Numbered from the stretch's first letter, positions 18,131 to 27,650 are shown. The stretch is DNA of 58,186 bases from Rhizomicrobium sp. (GCA_035255625.1 DATEZM010000448.1:1-58186), one strand, 5' to 3'. Notes: generated from the letters alone by a model not told the origin. Numbers and translations: made by a program.

Positions 18131-19867
18131 ATGGGCGACAAATTCGACTTGGTGATACGGGGGGGAACGATCGTCGACGGCTCCGGCAGCCAACCCTTCA
18201 GGGCGGACCTGGCCGTTGCCAATGGAACCATCGCAGAGATCGGCATCGTCACCAAGACCGGGCGCACCGAGATCGATGCCCGCGGCCGGCTTGTGACGCC
18301 AGGTTTCGTCGATCTGCATACGCATTTCGACGGGCAAGCCATATGGTCCGACAGGTTCATGCCATCGTCGTTGCATGGCGCGACGACCGTCGTCATGGGC
18401 AATTGCGGTGTTGGATTTGCGCCATGCCGGCCCAACGATCACGACCGCCTCGTCAGCCTGATGGAAGGGGTCGAAGATATTCCGGAAATCGTAATGACGA
18501 CCGGTCTGACATGGGATTGGGAGACGTTCCCGCAATATCTTGATGCCGTCGCGAGCCAGCCTCACGACATCGACGTCGCCGCCTATATCCCGCATTCGCC
18601 GATCCGGGTCTACGTCATGGGCGAACGCGGTCTCAACCGCGAACCCGCGACCACCGACGATATAGAGGCGATGAAGGCCCTGGTTCGCGAAGCCCTCACT
18701 GTGGGGGCGCTGGGATTTGCGACCTCGAGAACGACGTTTCATCGCACCAGCGAAGGCCACCATATTCCGAGCTTCGACACGGCCGAACGCGAGCTTCAAG
18801 GTATCGCCTCGGTGCTCGCCGAAAGAAAAGCAGGCGTCATTCAGATGGTTCCGATCGCCTCCCATCGAGACGGATGGCGCGAGGAACTGGACATGCTGGT
18901 CCGTCTGGCCGAGACCTCGGGCCGTCCGCTGACATTTACCTTCGCCCAGCACAACGAAGATCCCGAGGAGTGGCGGTCCACGCTCGCCTTCATCCAGAAG
19001 GCGAACGAGACGCTCGGCCTGCAGATCAGCATGCAGATGCTTCCCCGCCCCGTCGGCGTTATTTTGGGATTTTACACGACGTTCAATCCGTTCATGGATT
19101 GCCCATCATTCGCTCCGCTCAAAGACCTCCCGGTCCAAGAGCGTGTCGCGGCGTTGCAGGCGCCCGAGCTCCGCAACCGTCTCATTCGCGAGCGTCCTCT
19201 TGCCGGCGTGCCGACCCATGCGCTCGCGCGACAATTCGATCGCATGTTCCCGCTCGACGATCCGCCAGACTATGAGCCGTCGCTGGAAACCAGCGTCGGC
19301 GCTATCGCCGCTCGCAAGGGCGTGTCTCCTGAAGAGGTCGCATATGATTTGCTCTTGGAGGGCGAAGGACGCCGCTTCCTCTATGTGGCGATGGCGAACT
19401 ATGCGGACGGCAATCTCGAATTTCTCCAGCGCATGATCGGCCAAGACACAACAGTGCTCGCGCTTGGTGACGCCGGCGCGCATTACGGCGTCGTCTGCGA
19501 TGCGAGTTATTCCACTTATGCGCTCACCCATTGGTCGCGGGATCGCTACAAGGGGCGCTTCCCGGTCGAGATGATCATAAGGAAGCTCACGCAAGTGCCG
19601 GCGGCTTTCGCGGGATTGAACGACCGCGGCGTACTCAAGAAAGGATATAAGGCCGATATCAACGTCATCGACTACGATGCTTTGAGACTGCACAAGCCTT
19701 ATCTGGTCCGAGATATGCCGGGTAATGGGCAGCGCCTCATTCAGCGCGCCGACGGATACGCCGCGACGATCGTCAGTGGCGTACCGGTGTATCTTGAGGG
19801 GATACCGACCGGCATGCTTCCGGGCAAGCTCGTACGGGGCCCGCAATCTGCCAAGAGCAACGCATAG
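18131..19867 (+). CDS. Amidohydrolase, N-acyl-D-amino-acid deacylase family
   Basis: DLVIRGGTIVDGSG, PGFVDLHTHFD, GNCGVGFAP, GDAGAH, DRGVLKKGYKADINV. Confidence 0.92.
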   Translation: MGDKFDLVIRGGTIVDGSGSQPFRADLAVANGTIAEIGIVTKTGRTEIDARGRLVTPGFVDLHTHFDGQAIWSDRFMPSSLHGATTVVMGNCGVGFAPCRPNDHDRLVSLMEGVEDIPEIVMTTGLTWDWETFPQYLDAVASQPHDIDVAAYIPHSPIRVYVMGERGLNREPATTDDIEAMKALVREALTVGALGFATSRTTFHRTSEGHHIPSFDTAERELQGIASVLAERKAGVIQMVPIASHRDGWREELDMLVRLAETSGRPLTFTFAQHNEDPEEWRSTLAFIQKANETLGLQISMQMLPRPVGVILGFYTTFNPFMDCPSFAPLKDLPVQERVAALQAPELRNRLIRERPLAGVPTHALARQFDRMFPLDDPPDYEPSLETSVGAIAARKGVSPEEVAYDLLLEGEGRRFLYVAMANYADGNLEFLQRMIGQDTTVLALGDAGAHYGVVCDASYSTYALTHWSRDRYKGRFPVEMIIRKLTQVPAAFAGLNDRGVLKKGYKADINVIDYDALRLHKPYLVRDMPGNGQRLIQRADGYAATIVSGVPVYLEGIPTGMLPGKLVRGPQSAKSNA

Positions 19868-19878
19868 GAGGGCGCTGT

Positions 19879-21168
19879 TTGCGCGATGAACTCGGCGTTG
19901 GCGTCGTGAGCTCGACAGAGCGATTTCTCGGTTGGCGGATAGCGGCGATCGGCGCTTTGTCGATGAACTGCACGATCGGGCTCGCATGGGGATCCTATGG
20001 GGCGATTCTCGTTCAGGTGCAGCACGAGTTCGCCACAAGCCGGGCTCTCGCATCAGCAGTGCTGGGGCTCGAGACTCTCGCCATTGCCGCTTTGAGCCCC
20101 CTGGTTGGAGCAATGCTGAACCGGGTCTCGATACGCATCGCGATGATGGTAGGCGCGACCCTCAACGTCGTCGGCTACTTGGCCGTAAGCCTCGTTCATT
20201 CGATCTGGCCAGCCCTTTTTATCTTCAGCTTTATCGTCGGACCGGGAATGTGCCTCCTCACCATGGTGCCTGTGAACACGCTCGTGACGCGCTGGTTTGA
20301 GAGGGATCGCGGCAGGATCTTGGGCCTGGTTCACATGCCCATATTTCTTATGTTGGGCGCGCCGATCTCCGCCTTTGTAGCGTCATCATATGGGCCGCGC
20401 GGCGTCTTTCTGATGCTCGCCTGCGTGTTCGCTTGTCTCGTGCCGGTATTTTTGCTCGTCGTTGATCGGCCGGAAATGGTCGGGCAACGACCTTTGGCCG
20501 CCGGTAAGCGCGACGATGCCCCGCTATCCGACCTGAAATCGGTAACCGAGATTCCACTGGCCGGGATCCTTTGGAGCGCCGATTTCTGGCTGTTGAGCCT
20601 TGGCGCGGCGGTCCTGTCGGCAGGCTCGGCTGCGTTCACCGGGCATATCGTCGCCAACGGCATCGCACTGGGACTGTCTTTGCAGACAGCTTCCTTCCTG
20701 CTGACCGCCTATGGTGCGGGGACAATCTGCGGCTCGCTGATACTTGGCTGGCTGTCAGATCGCGTGGGATCGATACGGCTTCTGATCGTCCTTGGTATCG
20801 TGCAAGCTGGTACTTGGTGGCTCCTCTCAGCTCTATCCCATTTCAATCCGTTGATTGCGGCTTCCTTTGTCATCGGAACCGGAACGGGCGCGATCATACC
20901 GCTTCACAGTGTGACCCTTGCACGGATCTTTGGCCAGGCAAGCTTCAGCAAGGCTTTGGGTTGGAGCTATCTCGTAAAAATGCCGTTCACCTTTGCAGCG
21001 GCGCCTCTTGCTGGCGCCGTCTTTGACGCTACGGGCTCATACCGGCTCGGCATTGACGCACAAGCCTGTCTGTACGGGTTCGCGGCTTTGTTGTTTGCGT
21101 TTTTGCTAATAAGGCCGCAGGCCCTCGCGAAGGCGGAGATCGGCCGGGAGGGACTTGAGATCCACTAG
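19879..21168 (+). CDS. MFS transporter
   Basis: 12 hydrophobic segments, TRWFERDRG and GWLSDRVG loop motifs; start uncertain. Confidence 0.92.
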   Translation: MRDELGVGVVSSTERFLGWRIAAIGALSMNCTIGLAWGSYGAILVQVQHEFATSRALASAVLGLETLAIAALSPLVGAMLNRVSIRIAMMVGATLNVVGYLAVSLVHSIWPALFIFSFIVGPGMCLLTMVPVNTLVTRWFERDRGRILGLVHMPIFLMLGAPISAFVASSYGPRGVFLMLACVFACLVPVFLLVVDRPEMVGQRPLAAGKRDDAPLSDLKSVTEIPLAGILWSADFWLLSLGAAVLSAGSAAFTGHIVANGIALGLSLQTASFLLTAYGAGTICGSLILGWLSDRVGSIRLLIVLGIVQAGTWWLLSALSHFNPLIAASFVIGTGTGAIIPLHSVTLARIFGQASFSKALGWSYLVKMPFTFAAAPLAGAVFDATGSYRLGIDAQACLYGFAALLFAFLLIRPQALAKAEIGREGLEIH

Positions 21169-21184
21169 TCGAGGAGTTTGCAGA

Positions 21185-21475
21185 ATGCCAATCGGATTGG
21201 TTGTTACGATTGAAGTGTCGCCCGGGCAGAACGATGCGTTCGAGTCCATCGTGCGGGAGCTCATGAACGCCGTCAGAACAAATGAGCCCGGAAACATATT
21301 CTACCAATTTTGCAAGTCGCGCACCGAAGAGAACGTCTATGTCGTCATGGAGTGCTACAAAGATGAAGCCGCTCGTGAGAGCCATATGAATTCGGGCCAC
21401 ATGAAAGCGTTCGGCCCTAAGCTTCGACCACTCATGCGCTCGCCATCACGTGTGCAATATTTCGACGCAGTTTGA
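21185..21475 (+). CDS. Antibiotic biosynthesis monooxygenase (ABM)/putative quinol monooxygenase
   Basis: VSPGQNDAFE...NEPGNIFYQF...YVVMECYKDEAARESHMNSGHM; GAGGAG RBS. Confidence 0.9.
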   Translation: MPIGLVVTIEVSPGQNDAFESIVRELMNAVRTNEPGNIFYQFCKSRTEENVYVVMECYKDEAARESHMNSGHMKAFGPKLRPLMRSPSRVQYFDAV

Positions 21476-21489
21476 TGCGCCGCTTGGCC

Positions 21490-22254
21490 TCAAAAGCGGT
21501 CGAGAGCCGAGAAAACGGCGTGTGCAAGTCCAAAGCCGAGATTCTCATGAAAAAGGCGCTTAAGCTCATGTGTCAGCAGAATGCGTGCATAGCGACGGGC
21601 AAGGGGCGGGCGCGCAGCAATTTCCCGAGCAACTTCCCAAGCGCGTGTTAGCAGCCGGTCGTGAGGTACCACTTCGCCGACAATCCCGAGATCTTGCGCT
21701 TGCTTCGCATCGAGAATCTGCCCGGTGAGCAGGAAATAGCGACCGCGATTGGGCCCCAGAAGTGCCGGCCAAACAATTTGCACGCCATCTCCTGGAACGC
21801 GACCGGCGAGAAAATGGCCTGAGTCCTGAAATGACGAACGCTCGGATGCAATCACGATATCGGAGAGAACGGGAATTTCGGCGTGCATGTGAGCAGGTCC
21901 GTTAACGGCCCCGATGATCGGGATTTCGATGCTCAGCAGGCTCGTGAGCAGCCTTTTGGCGTCGGAGTAGATCAGATCAAACGTCCCAGTTCCCACTTCA
22001 CCGAAGCTTTTGCCGTCAAACTCCGTACAGAATACGTCTCCGGTGCCGACGATTATCGCTACCTTGTTTTCGCGGTCCGTGGCGACGTCTGCAAAGCAAT
22101 AGCCGAGCTCCTCATGGACGAGTGAGCCCCATATAAGCGGGCCGTCATCCGTGTGGAGCCGCATCTCGAGGATGCCGTCCTCGCGTCGCATCGCGATGTG
22201 CTTATATTTGCCGCGATAGCTGTCAAATTTCGGCGCCACCTGAGCCTGAAGCAT
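21490..22254 (-). CDS. Crotonase-superfamily protein resembling 6-oxocamphor/beta-diketone hydrolases
   Basis: GILEMRLHTDDGPLIW...HEEL, AVNGPAHMHAE, FQDSGHF..GRVPGDG, LLGPNRGRYFLLTGQ. Confidence 0.85.
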   Translation of the reverse strand: MLQAQVAPKFDSYRGKYKHIAMRREDGILEMRLHTDDGPLIWGSLVHEELGYCFADVATDRENKVAIIVGTGDVFCTEFDGKSFGEVGTGTFDLIYSDAKRLLTSLLSIEIPIIGAVNGPAHMHAEIPVLSDIVIASERSSFQDSGHFLAGRVPGDGVQIVWPALLGPNRGRYFLLTGQILDAKQAQDLGIVGEVVPHDRLLTRAWEVAREIAARPPLARRYARILLTHELKRLFHENLGFGLAHAVFSALDRF

Positions 22255-22284
22255 GAGATGAATCCTCTACCAAATGTGGCCCAT

Positions 22285-22433
22285 ACTTTTTAGCCGCAAG
22301 CAAGTGAGAAGGTCAAACAAATATACTAAGCCTTTTCTGGCTCCTGCAACCCAGCCACGTGACCTAGCTCCCGGTACGGGCTTTGAGAGATTTTCTCGTA
22401 AAGGAATGAAAAACTTATTTGAGGCAAGCAAGC
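22285..22433. promoter_or_regulatory. Two 21-bp operator-like sites in the crotonase/CMD divergent promoter
   Basis: ACTTTTTAGCCGCAAGCAAGT (22285-22305) and ACTTATTTGAGGCAAGCAAGC (22413-22433). Confidence 0.7.
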
Positions 22434-22543
22434 AAGTTGACAGCCTGGCACGATTTCGAGACTATCGAGCGACCGCGATTGACCGACGGTGGCGCCCGCT
22501 GGGCGCCATGAAGCGCCTGACATCCATGTCGTGGGAGCGACCA

Positions 22544-23107
22544 ATGGCGATATTGGACTATGCCGATCCGCAGAAATTGAACGGCAGATACCTCGAAATC
22601 TACGAGGAATTGCCGACGAAGCCTCGTTTGAACATCGGCAAGATGTGGGCCAACGCGCCCCATCTCTACGTGTCTGGGCAGCCGCTCGTTCGCGCCATCC
22701 TCCATGACGGCAAGCTAGAGCACGACCTGCGCGAGCTTATGATTTTGACCATCGCGCGCATCGAAGGCGGCCTCTATGTCTTTGTTCAACACATCGCATG
22801 GGCGCTTCGTGTGGGATGCAGCCAGGCGAAAATTGCAGCAGTCGAAAAAGGCGAATTCAGCAGCGATCTTTTTAGCGAACGCGAAGCCATGGCACTGCGC
22901 GTCGCCGAAGAGGTCATAAGAGAGGTCCGCGTTAGCGAGGCGACGATGCTCGCAGCAAAAGCTTTGTTCACCGATCTCGAACTTGTCGAAATGATATTCA
23001 CCACGGGTTTCTACATGATGATGATCCGCCTGTCGGAATCCACGCGCGTCGACATCGATGCACCGGAAGGTATCGAGGTGCCGAAGAGCTTCAGTCGCTT
23101 AACCTGA
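22544..23107 (+). CDS. Carboxymuconolactone decarboxylase/AhpD-like protein
   Basis: LNIGKMWANAP...LRELMILTIA...YVFVQH...FSERE...ELVEMIFTTGFY; GGGAG RBS before ATG 22544. Confidence 0.85.
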   Translation: MAILDYADPQKLNGRYLEIYEELPTKPRLNIGKMWANAPHLYVSGQPLVRAILHDGKLEHDLRELMILTIARIEGGLYVFVQHIAWALRVGCSQAKIAAVEKGEFSSDLFSEREAMALRVAEEVIREVRVSEATMLAAKALFTDLELVEMIFTTGFYMMMIRLSESTRVDIDAPEGIEVPKSFSRLT

Positions 23108-23170
23108 AGCTGCGCTTTCGTTTCCAGACCGAAAAGACTCGGAAATGCCCAAAGAAAACTCGGCCGCCCG

Positions 23171-24283
23171 ATGAATTTCGCCCTCGATGAGACGCAGATC
23201 GCCGTTCGAGATGCGATCGAACGGCTTTTTGGAGATTTGCATCGCCGCACGGCCTCGGCCGAAATCGCGTGGAATGCTCTCGCAGGCGGAGGATGGCTAT
23301 CGTTCCCCTTGCCTGAGAATTGTGGCGGAACCGGCGTAACCCTGTTCGACATCGGGATGCTCATGCGAGCTGCCGGGCGCAATGCCCTGATCACCCCTTT
23401 CTTTTCGAGCTCGGTGTCCGGTTCGCTCTTGGTTCGGCAATTGCCAAATTCCGCGTTTGCCGCGAGCGTGATGGCAGACACGGCCGCAGGGTCGGTCAGG
23501 GTCGCCTTTGCCCATCAGGAAGGCGCCGATTACGATCCGGCACGCCTCACGACAACCGCTTGCCAGAAGGATGGCAAGTGGGTCGTCTCCGGCGCGAAAC
23601 AATTGAGCCTTGGTGCCGATGACGCCGACTGGCTGTTTGTGTCGGCCAGGACGCCCGAGGGCACCGGTGTCTTTCTTCTCGAAAAAGCGCGCGACGGTGT
23701 CGAGCTTAGCCGGGTAAGAACGCTGCGCGGCGAAGACGCGGCCGACATCATCATGCGAAGCGTCGCGCTTGACCCCGCGCGGTGCCTAGGGTGCGGTAGC
23801 GACGTTGGTGCCGCGTTGAGCAAGACCGTCGATGAGCTCGTTCTTTGCCTCTGTTGGGAGGCCGTCGGTGCGATGGAGGACCTCCTTCAACAGACGATCG
23901 GTTATGTGAAGTTGCGTGAGCAGTTCGGAAAGCCGCTCGCCTCTTTCCAGACCGTCCAGCACCGCATCGCCGAAATGGCGGTGCGCTGCGAAGAGGCGCA
24001 CTCAATGACCGAGCTTGCGACGCTTCGTGCGCAGGAGACGGGCCAACGCAGGTCGGTTTCGGCCGCCAAGGTACAAGTGGCGCGCAACGCCAAATATGTT
24101 GCTGAGGCGGCCGTCCAGCTTCACGGTGCCGTCGGATTCGCGCAGGAGTTGGCGGTATCGCGGTACTTCCATCTGCTGACGTCTTTCCAGCACTTGTACG
24201 GCACGGTCGAAAACCACCTGCTCGCCTATGCCGACGCGACCTTGCCGTCCAGAAGACACTTGACGAGCGCCGTCCTGTCCTAG
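23171..24283 (+). CDS. Acyl-CoA dehydrogenase family, short subunit (PimD/FadE-pair type)
   Basis: MNFALDETQ, YVKLREQFGKPLASFQTVQHRIAEM, AVQLHGAVG. Confidence 0.93.
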   Translation: MNFALDETQIAVRDAIERLFGDLHRRTASAEIAWNALAGGGWLSFPLPENCGGTGVTLFDIGMLMRAAGRNALITPFFSSSVSGSLLVRQLPNSAFAASVMADTAAGSVRVAFAHQEGADYDPARLTTTACQKDGKWVVSGAKQLSLGADDADWLFVSARTPEGTGVFLLEKARDGVELSRVRTLRGEDAADIIMRSVALDPARCLGCGSDVGAALSKTVDELVLCLCWEAVGAMEDLLQQTIGYVKLREQFGKPLASFQTVQHRIAEMAVRCEEAHSMTELATLRAQETGQRRSVSAAKVQVARNAKYVAEAAVQLHGAVGFAQELAVSRYFHLLTSFQHLYGTVENHLLAYADATLPSRRHLTSAVLS

Positions 24284-24298
24284 CGCGAGGGGGACGTC

Positions 24299-25489
24299 AT
24301 GGATGTGAAATTGAACGCCACGGACGGCGCGTTCCGCGAGGAGGTGCGCGCGTTTCTGCGGGAGAACTTGACCGCGGAGCTGCGCGACAGCCAACTCTAC
24401 TCGGTCGGGATCTACACGCCGCCGTCCATATGGCTGACTTGGTACCGAAAGCTGGCCGCGCGCGGCTGGGCCGCGCCGCTTTGGCCGAAAGAATTCGGCG
24501 GCACGGGCTGGACGCCTATCCAGCGCTTTATCTTTGACCTTGAGTGTGCGGATGCTGGCTCACCCGTTGTGTATCCCATGGGTGTGCGGCTACTCGGTCC
24601 AGTACTCATCAAGTTCGGGAGCGAACGGCAGAAGGCGGCGTTTCTGCCGAAGATCCTGAGTGGCGAGCACTATTGGTGTCAGGGATATTCTGAGCCCAAT
24701 GCCGGCTCCGATCTCACTTCATTGAAAACCTCGGCGAAGCTCAACGGCGATGAATATGTCGTGAACGGCAGCAAGATTTGGACGACGCACGCCCACTATG
24801 CGAACTGGATCTTTATGCTTGTTCGGACGAGCACAACGGGCAAACGCAGCGGCGGCATAACATTTTTGATGGTGGATTTGAGTTCTCCCGGAATCTCGAT
24901 ACGCCCTATCCTTTCTTTGAACGGCGAGCGCGATCTCAATCAGGTTTTTTTCGAAGACGTCGTGGTTCCGGTCGGCAATCGCGTTGGCGACGAGAATCGC
25001 GGCTGGGAGTACGCGCGATCCCTCTTGGAATTCGAGCGCGGCGCCGCATTCTATGCCCCGCGAATGCGAGCTGCGCTCGCCAGAATCCAAGCGGTCGCGG
25101 ATTCGTTCGCGGCAGCAGGCCGCGACCCTCTCAACAATCCGCTTATTCGGCTTCGTCTGGCGGAGGTGTCGCTCGAAATCGATGCACTTGAAATCTTGGA
25201 ATTTCGAGCGCTCGCGAGTATTGCAGGGGAGGGCCAAGTAGGCCTTATATCTTCAGTGTTGAAGCTGCAGGTCAGTCGTACGAAGCAGCGGATCGCCGAG
25301 TTTGGCGTCTCTTTACTCGGCTCAGACGCGCTGCGTTGGACTTTGCCCGCCGACAGCGGAAGCATGGCGAGTACGCGATCGTTGCAGGACACGCTGCTGC
25401 CGGACTATCTCGGAAGCCGTGCTGTCACCATATATGGCGGTGCAACTGAGATCCAACTCGGACTTATTGCGAAAAGCTTGGGCCTATGA
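24299..25489 (+). CDS. Acyl-CoA dehydrogenase family, catalytic-type subunit (PimC/FadE-pair type)
   Basis: WCQGYSEPNAGSDL, VNGSKIWTT, NQVFFEDV, TIYGGATEIQ. Confidence 0.95.
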   Translation: MDVKLNATDGAFREEVRAFLRENLTAELRDSQLYSVGIYTPPSIWLTWYRKLAARGWAAPLWPKEFGGTGWTPIQRFIFDLECADAGSPVVYPMGVRLLGPVLIKFGSERQKAAFLPKILSGEHYWCQGYSEPNAGSDLTSLKTSAKLNGDEYVVNGSKIWTTHAHYANWIFMLVRTSTTGKRSGGITFLMVDLSSPGISIRPILSLNGERDLNQVFFEDVVVPVGNRVGDENRGWEYARSLLEFERGAAFYAPRMRAALARIQAVADSFAAAGRDPLNNPLIRLRLAEVSLEIDALEILEFRALASIAGEGQVGLISSVLKLQVSRTKQRIAEFGVSLLGSDALRWTLPADSGSMASTRSLQDTLLPDYLGSRAVTIYGGATEIQLGLIAKSLGL

Positions 25490-25878
25490 CCTCGTGAACG
25501 ACCGCGTCATCAGCTCTTCGCGGTAGCCGAACTCGGCGTCTGGGAATCGTCAAAAATTTGCAATTCCGATTGCCACTCCTTGCGTTGGCGTAGCGCGCGG
25601 GAGGTAGGCCGATCGTTGGCTCCCGGGCTGGCTGGCGTTTCCACTCAGGGGTTGCGGGGTTGGTGTGTCCAGCCTGGCTGCTTCCGGGGCGAAGAAGCTG
25701 CTTCGCCGGAAGGGAGCGGAGGGCCGGGGCCCCGCAGTCTCCGCCGCCCGGCCTTCCTCTGATTCGGTTCCACTCAGACAGAAAATTGCTGCGCAAGCGC
25801 TTGAAAGGTACGTGCACCGTTCCTACATCGCGATGGCGCGGCATTTTTCGCTGCTTGTGCGAGCGAGGAACATTCGAA

Positions 25879-26094
25879 ATGACTGGTAAAAGCAAGGATC
25901 AGCTTTACATCGAGCGCCGCGATAGCGGTGATTATGCCGTCCGGCGCGGCGGGGCGGATCGCGCCAGCGCCGTCGAGCAGACGCAGAGAGAGGCGATCGA
26001 CCGAGCGCGCCAGATCGCGCCGAACGCGCCCGTGCATGTCGAACGCGTCCGCAACACCGACGTTGGTGGCCGCGACAAGTGGCGGAAGCCGTAG
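25879..26094 (+). CDS. DUF2188-like small protein
   Basis: YAVRRGGADRASAVEQTQREAIDRARQIA pattern; GAGGA RBS. Confidence 0.8.
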   Translation: MTGKSKDQLYIERRDSGDYAVRRGGADRASAVEQTQREAIDRARQIAPNAPVHVERVRNTDVGGRDKWRKP

Positions 26095-26176
26095 GACGTT
26101 TGGCTAACGCGGCCGAGAGCACGCTTTGAGAGGGCGTCAGCTTTGTGTGCGGTCTTTGTCGAGATAGTATCGATTC

Positions 26177-26383
26177 ATGAACATGACCGAAGACTATCGC
26201 GGGTTCGTTATCTCCTGGCAGGAACCGCCGCGGACCAGCGCAGCTTGGACCGCCAACGTGGCGTCCGAGGAGCCGGATCTATACGCGCTGATGGGTGGCC
26301 GAGGCGCAAAAGTCATCGACGGTCAAACGCGTGGAGACATGATCGCCGCGTCCAAGAAGTACGTCGATGGCTTGCTCGGTTGA
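26177..26383 (+). CDS. Small hypothetical protein (68 aa)
   Basis: Co-oriented ORF with protein-like composition; no family recognised. Confidence 0.6.
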   Translation: MNMTEDYRGFVISWQEPPRTSAAWTANVASEEPDLYALMGGRGAKVIDGQTRGDMIAASKKYVDGLLG

Positions 26384-26416
26384 ATTTTACGGCGGAATTG
26401 CCGCGAGAGAGATAAA

Positions 26417-26650
26417 GTGAGCAGGGTCACAATTTATCGGTTCAGCCTCTACGACATCCAAGCTGACGGGATGCACAGGTCGCGCCGTTGGGCTACCCGC
26501 GAAGCCATCGACAGTGTACATGGCGAGGTGTTGGAGGAAACTGCGACCGAAGTTGACGCGGCGGTGGTCAACACGGGCATCCAAGGCATGACCGAAAGGG
26601 GTTTTGATCCTCATCGGCGCACGGGTTTCCAGCGGGTCGTAACGATCTAG
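26417..26650 (+). CDS. Small hypothetical protein (77 aa)
   Basis: Co-oriented ORF (RVTIYRFSLYDIQAD...SRRWATREAI); GAGAG upstream of GTG. Confidence 0.65.
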   Translation: MSRVTIYRFSLYDIQADGMHRSRRWATREAIDSVHGEVLEETATEVDAAVVNTGIQGMTERGFDPHRRTGFQRVVTI

Positions 26651-26675
26651 CGGATACCGTACCAAAAGAGCACCG

Positions 26676-27608
26676 ATGCCGACCAACGCCTTCATCTCCT
26701 ATTCGCACGCAGACGAAAGGGTCTTAGACCGCCTGCACAAGCATCTTGCGATGCTGCAGAGGGACGGCGATCTCAGCGCTTGGTCGGATCACAAGCTTCT
26801 CCCTGGAGCGAAATTTGGTTCCGAGATCAGCGCGGTTCTCGAGGCAAGTGGGCTCTTTCTGGCGCTGGTGAGCCCCGATTACCTTGCATCAAATTATTGC
26901 TACGAAAAAGAATTTGAGTGCGCGCTGCGAATGGCGGATGCGGGCAAGATTCGGATCGTCCCAATTGTCATTGAACCGTGCGACTGGCAGGCATCGCCAC
27001 TCGGTCAATTTGTTGCGCTCCCAAAAGACGGGAAGCCAGTTTCGGAGTGGACCAACCAGAATAACGCCTTCTTGGACGTCGTCACCGGCCTGCGGCGGCT
27101 CTTAGCGACTCCATCGATCGAAGGGGAACGATCGGGCGGCACGCCGGCACGACGTCCGCGCATCAAGCAGGATTTCGACGCAATTCAAAAAAGCGAATTT
27201 GCGGATCAGGCATACGAGGTCATCATGAGCTACTTCCAAGCGTCGTGCAGCGAGCTGAATGACATCGCAGATACGAATCTCAAGGCCAAATTTGAGCAAA
27301 TGAGCAACACCGCGTTCACCTGCACCGTCGTTAATCGAGCGAAACGGAGCGGCGGCGAAGCACATATCACCGTCAAAAACTCAAAACAGTCGGGTCATTT
27401 TGGTGATATCAACTTCGTGTACCAACGCCATGCCGCGGACAACAACTCGAACGGCTCAATCCGCGTAGGAGCGGATGACTACGAACTCCATCTAACGTTG
27501 GATAGCTTCGGCAATTCCAGAAAAGGAGAGGCGAAGTCGACTCCCCTGCAGGCGGCGAGCCTGCTCTGGCTCGACTTTGTCAAACAAGCTGGCGTCGAAT
27601 ATGAGTGA
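26676..27608 (+). CDS. TIR-domain protein with uncharacterised C-terminal domain
   Basis: AFISYSHAD...WSDHKLLPG...LVSPDYLASNYCYEKE...IVPIVIEPCDW (TIR_2 type, Glu retained). Confidence 0.92.
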   Translation: MPTNAFISYSHADERVLDRLHKHLAMLQRDGDLSAWSDHKLLPGAKFGSEISAVLEASGLFLALVSPDYLASNYCYEKEFECALRMADAGKIRIVPIVIEPCDWQASPLGQFVALPKDGKPVSEWTNQNNAFLDVVTGLRRLLATPSIEGERSGGTPARRPRIKQDFDAIQKSEFADQAYEVIMSYFQASCSELNDIADTNLKAKFEQMSNTAFTCTVVNRAKRSGGEAHITVKNSKQSGHFGDINFVYQRHAADNNSNGSIRVGADDYELHLTLDSFGNSRKGEAKSTPLQAASLLWLDFVKQAGVEYE

Positions 27609-27650
27609 TGTGGCGCGTTCGAATTATTTGCAGTCCGTCCGCGAGGTCAT

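Noticed and set aside
26102-26142. attC-like element (GCTAAC...GTCAGC) between small genes
   Set aside because: Too short, GTT not conserved, not repeated in other gaps, and no integron integrase present
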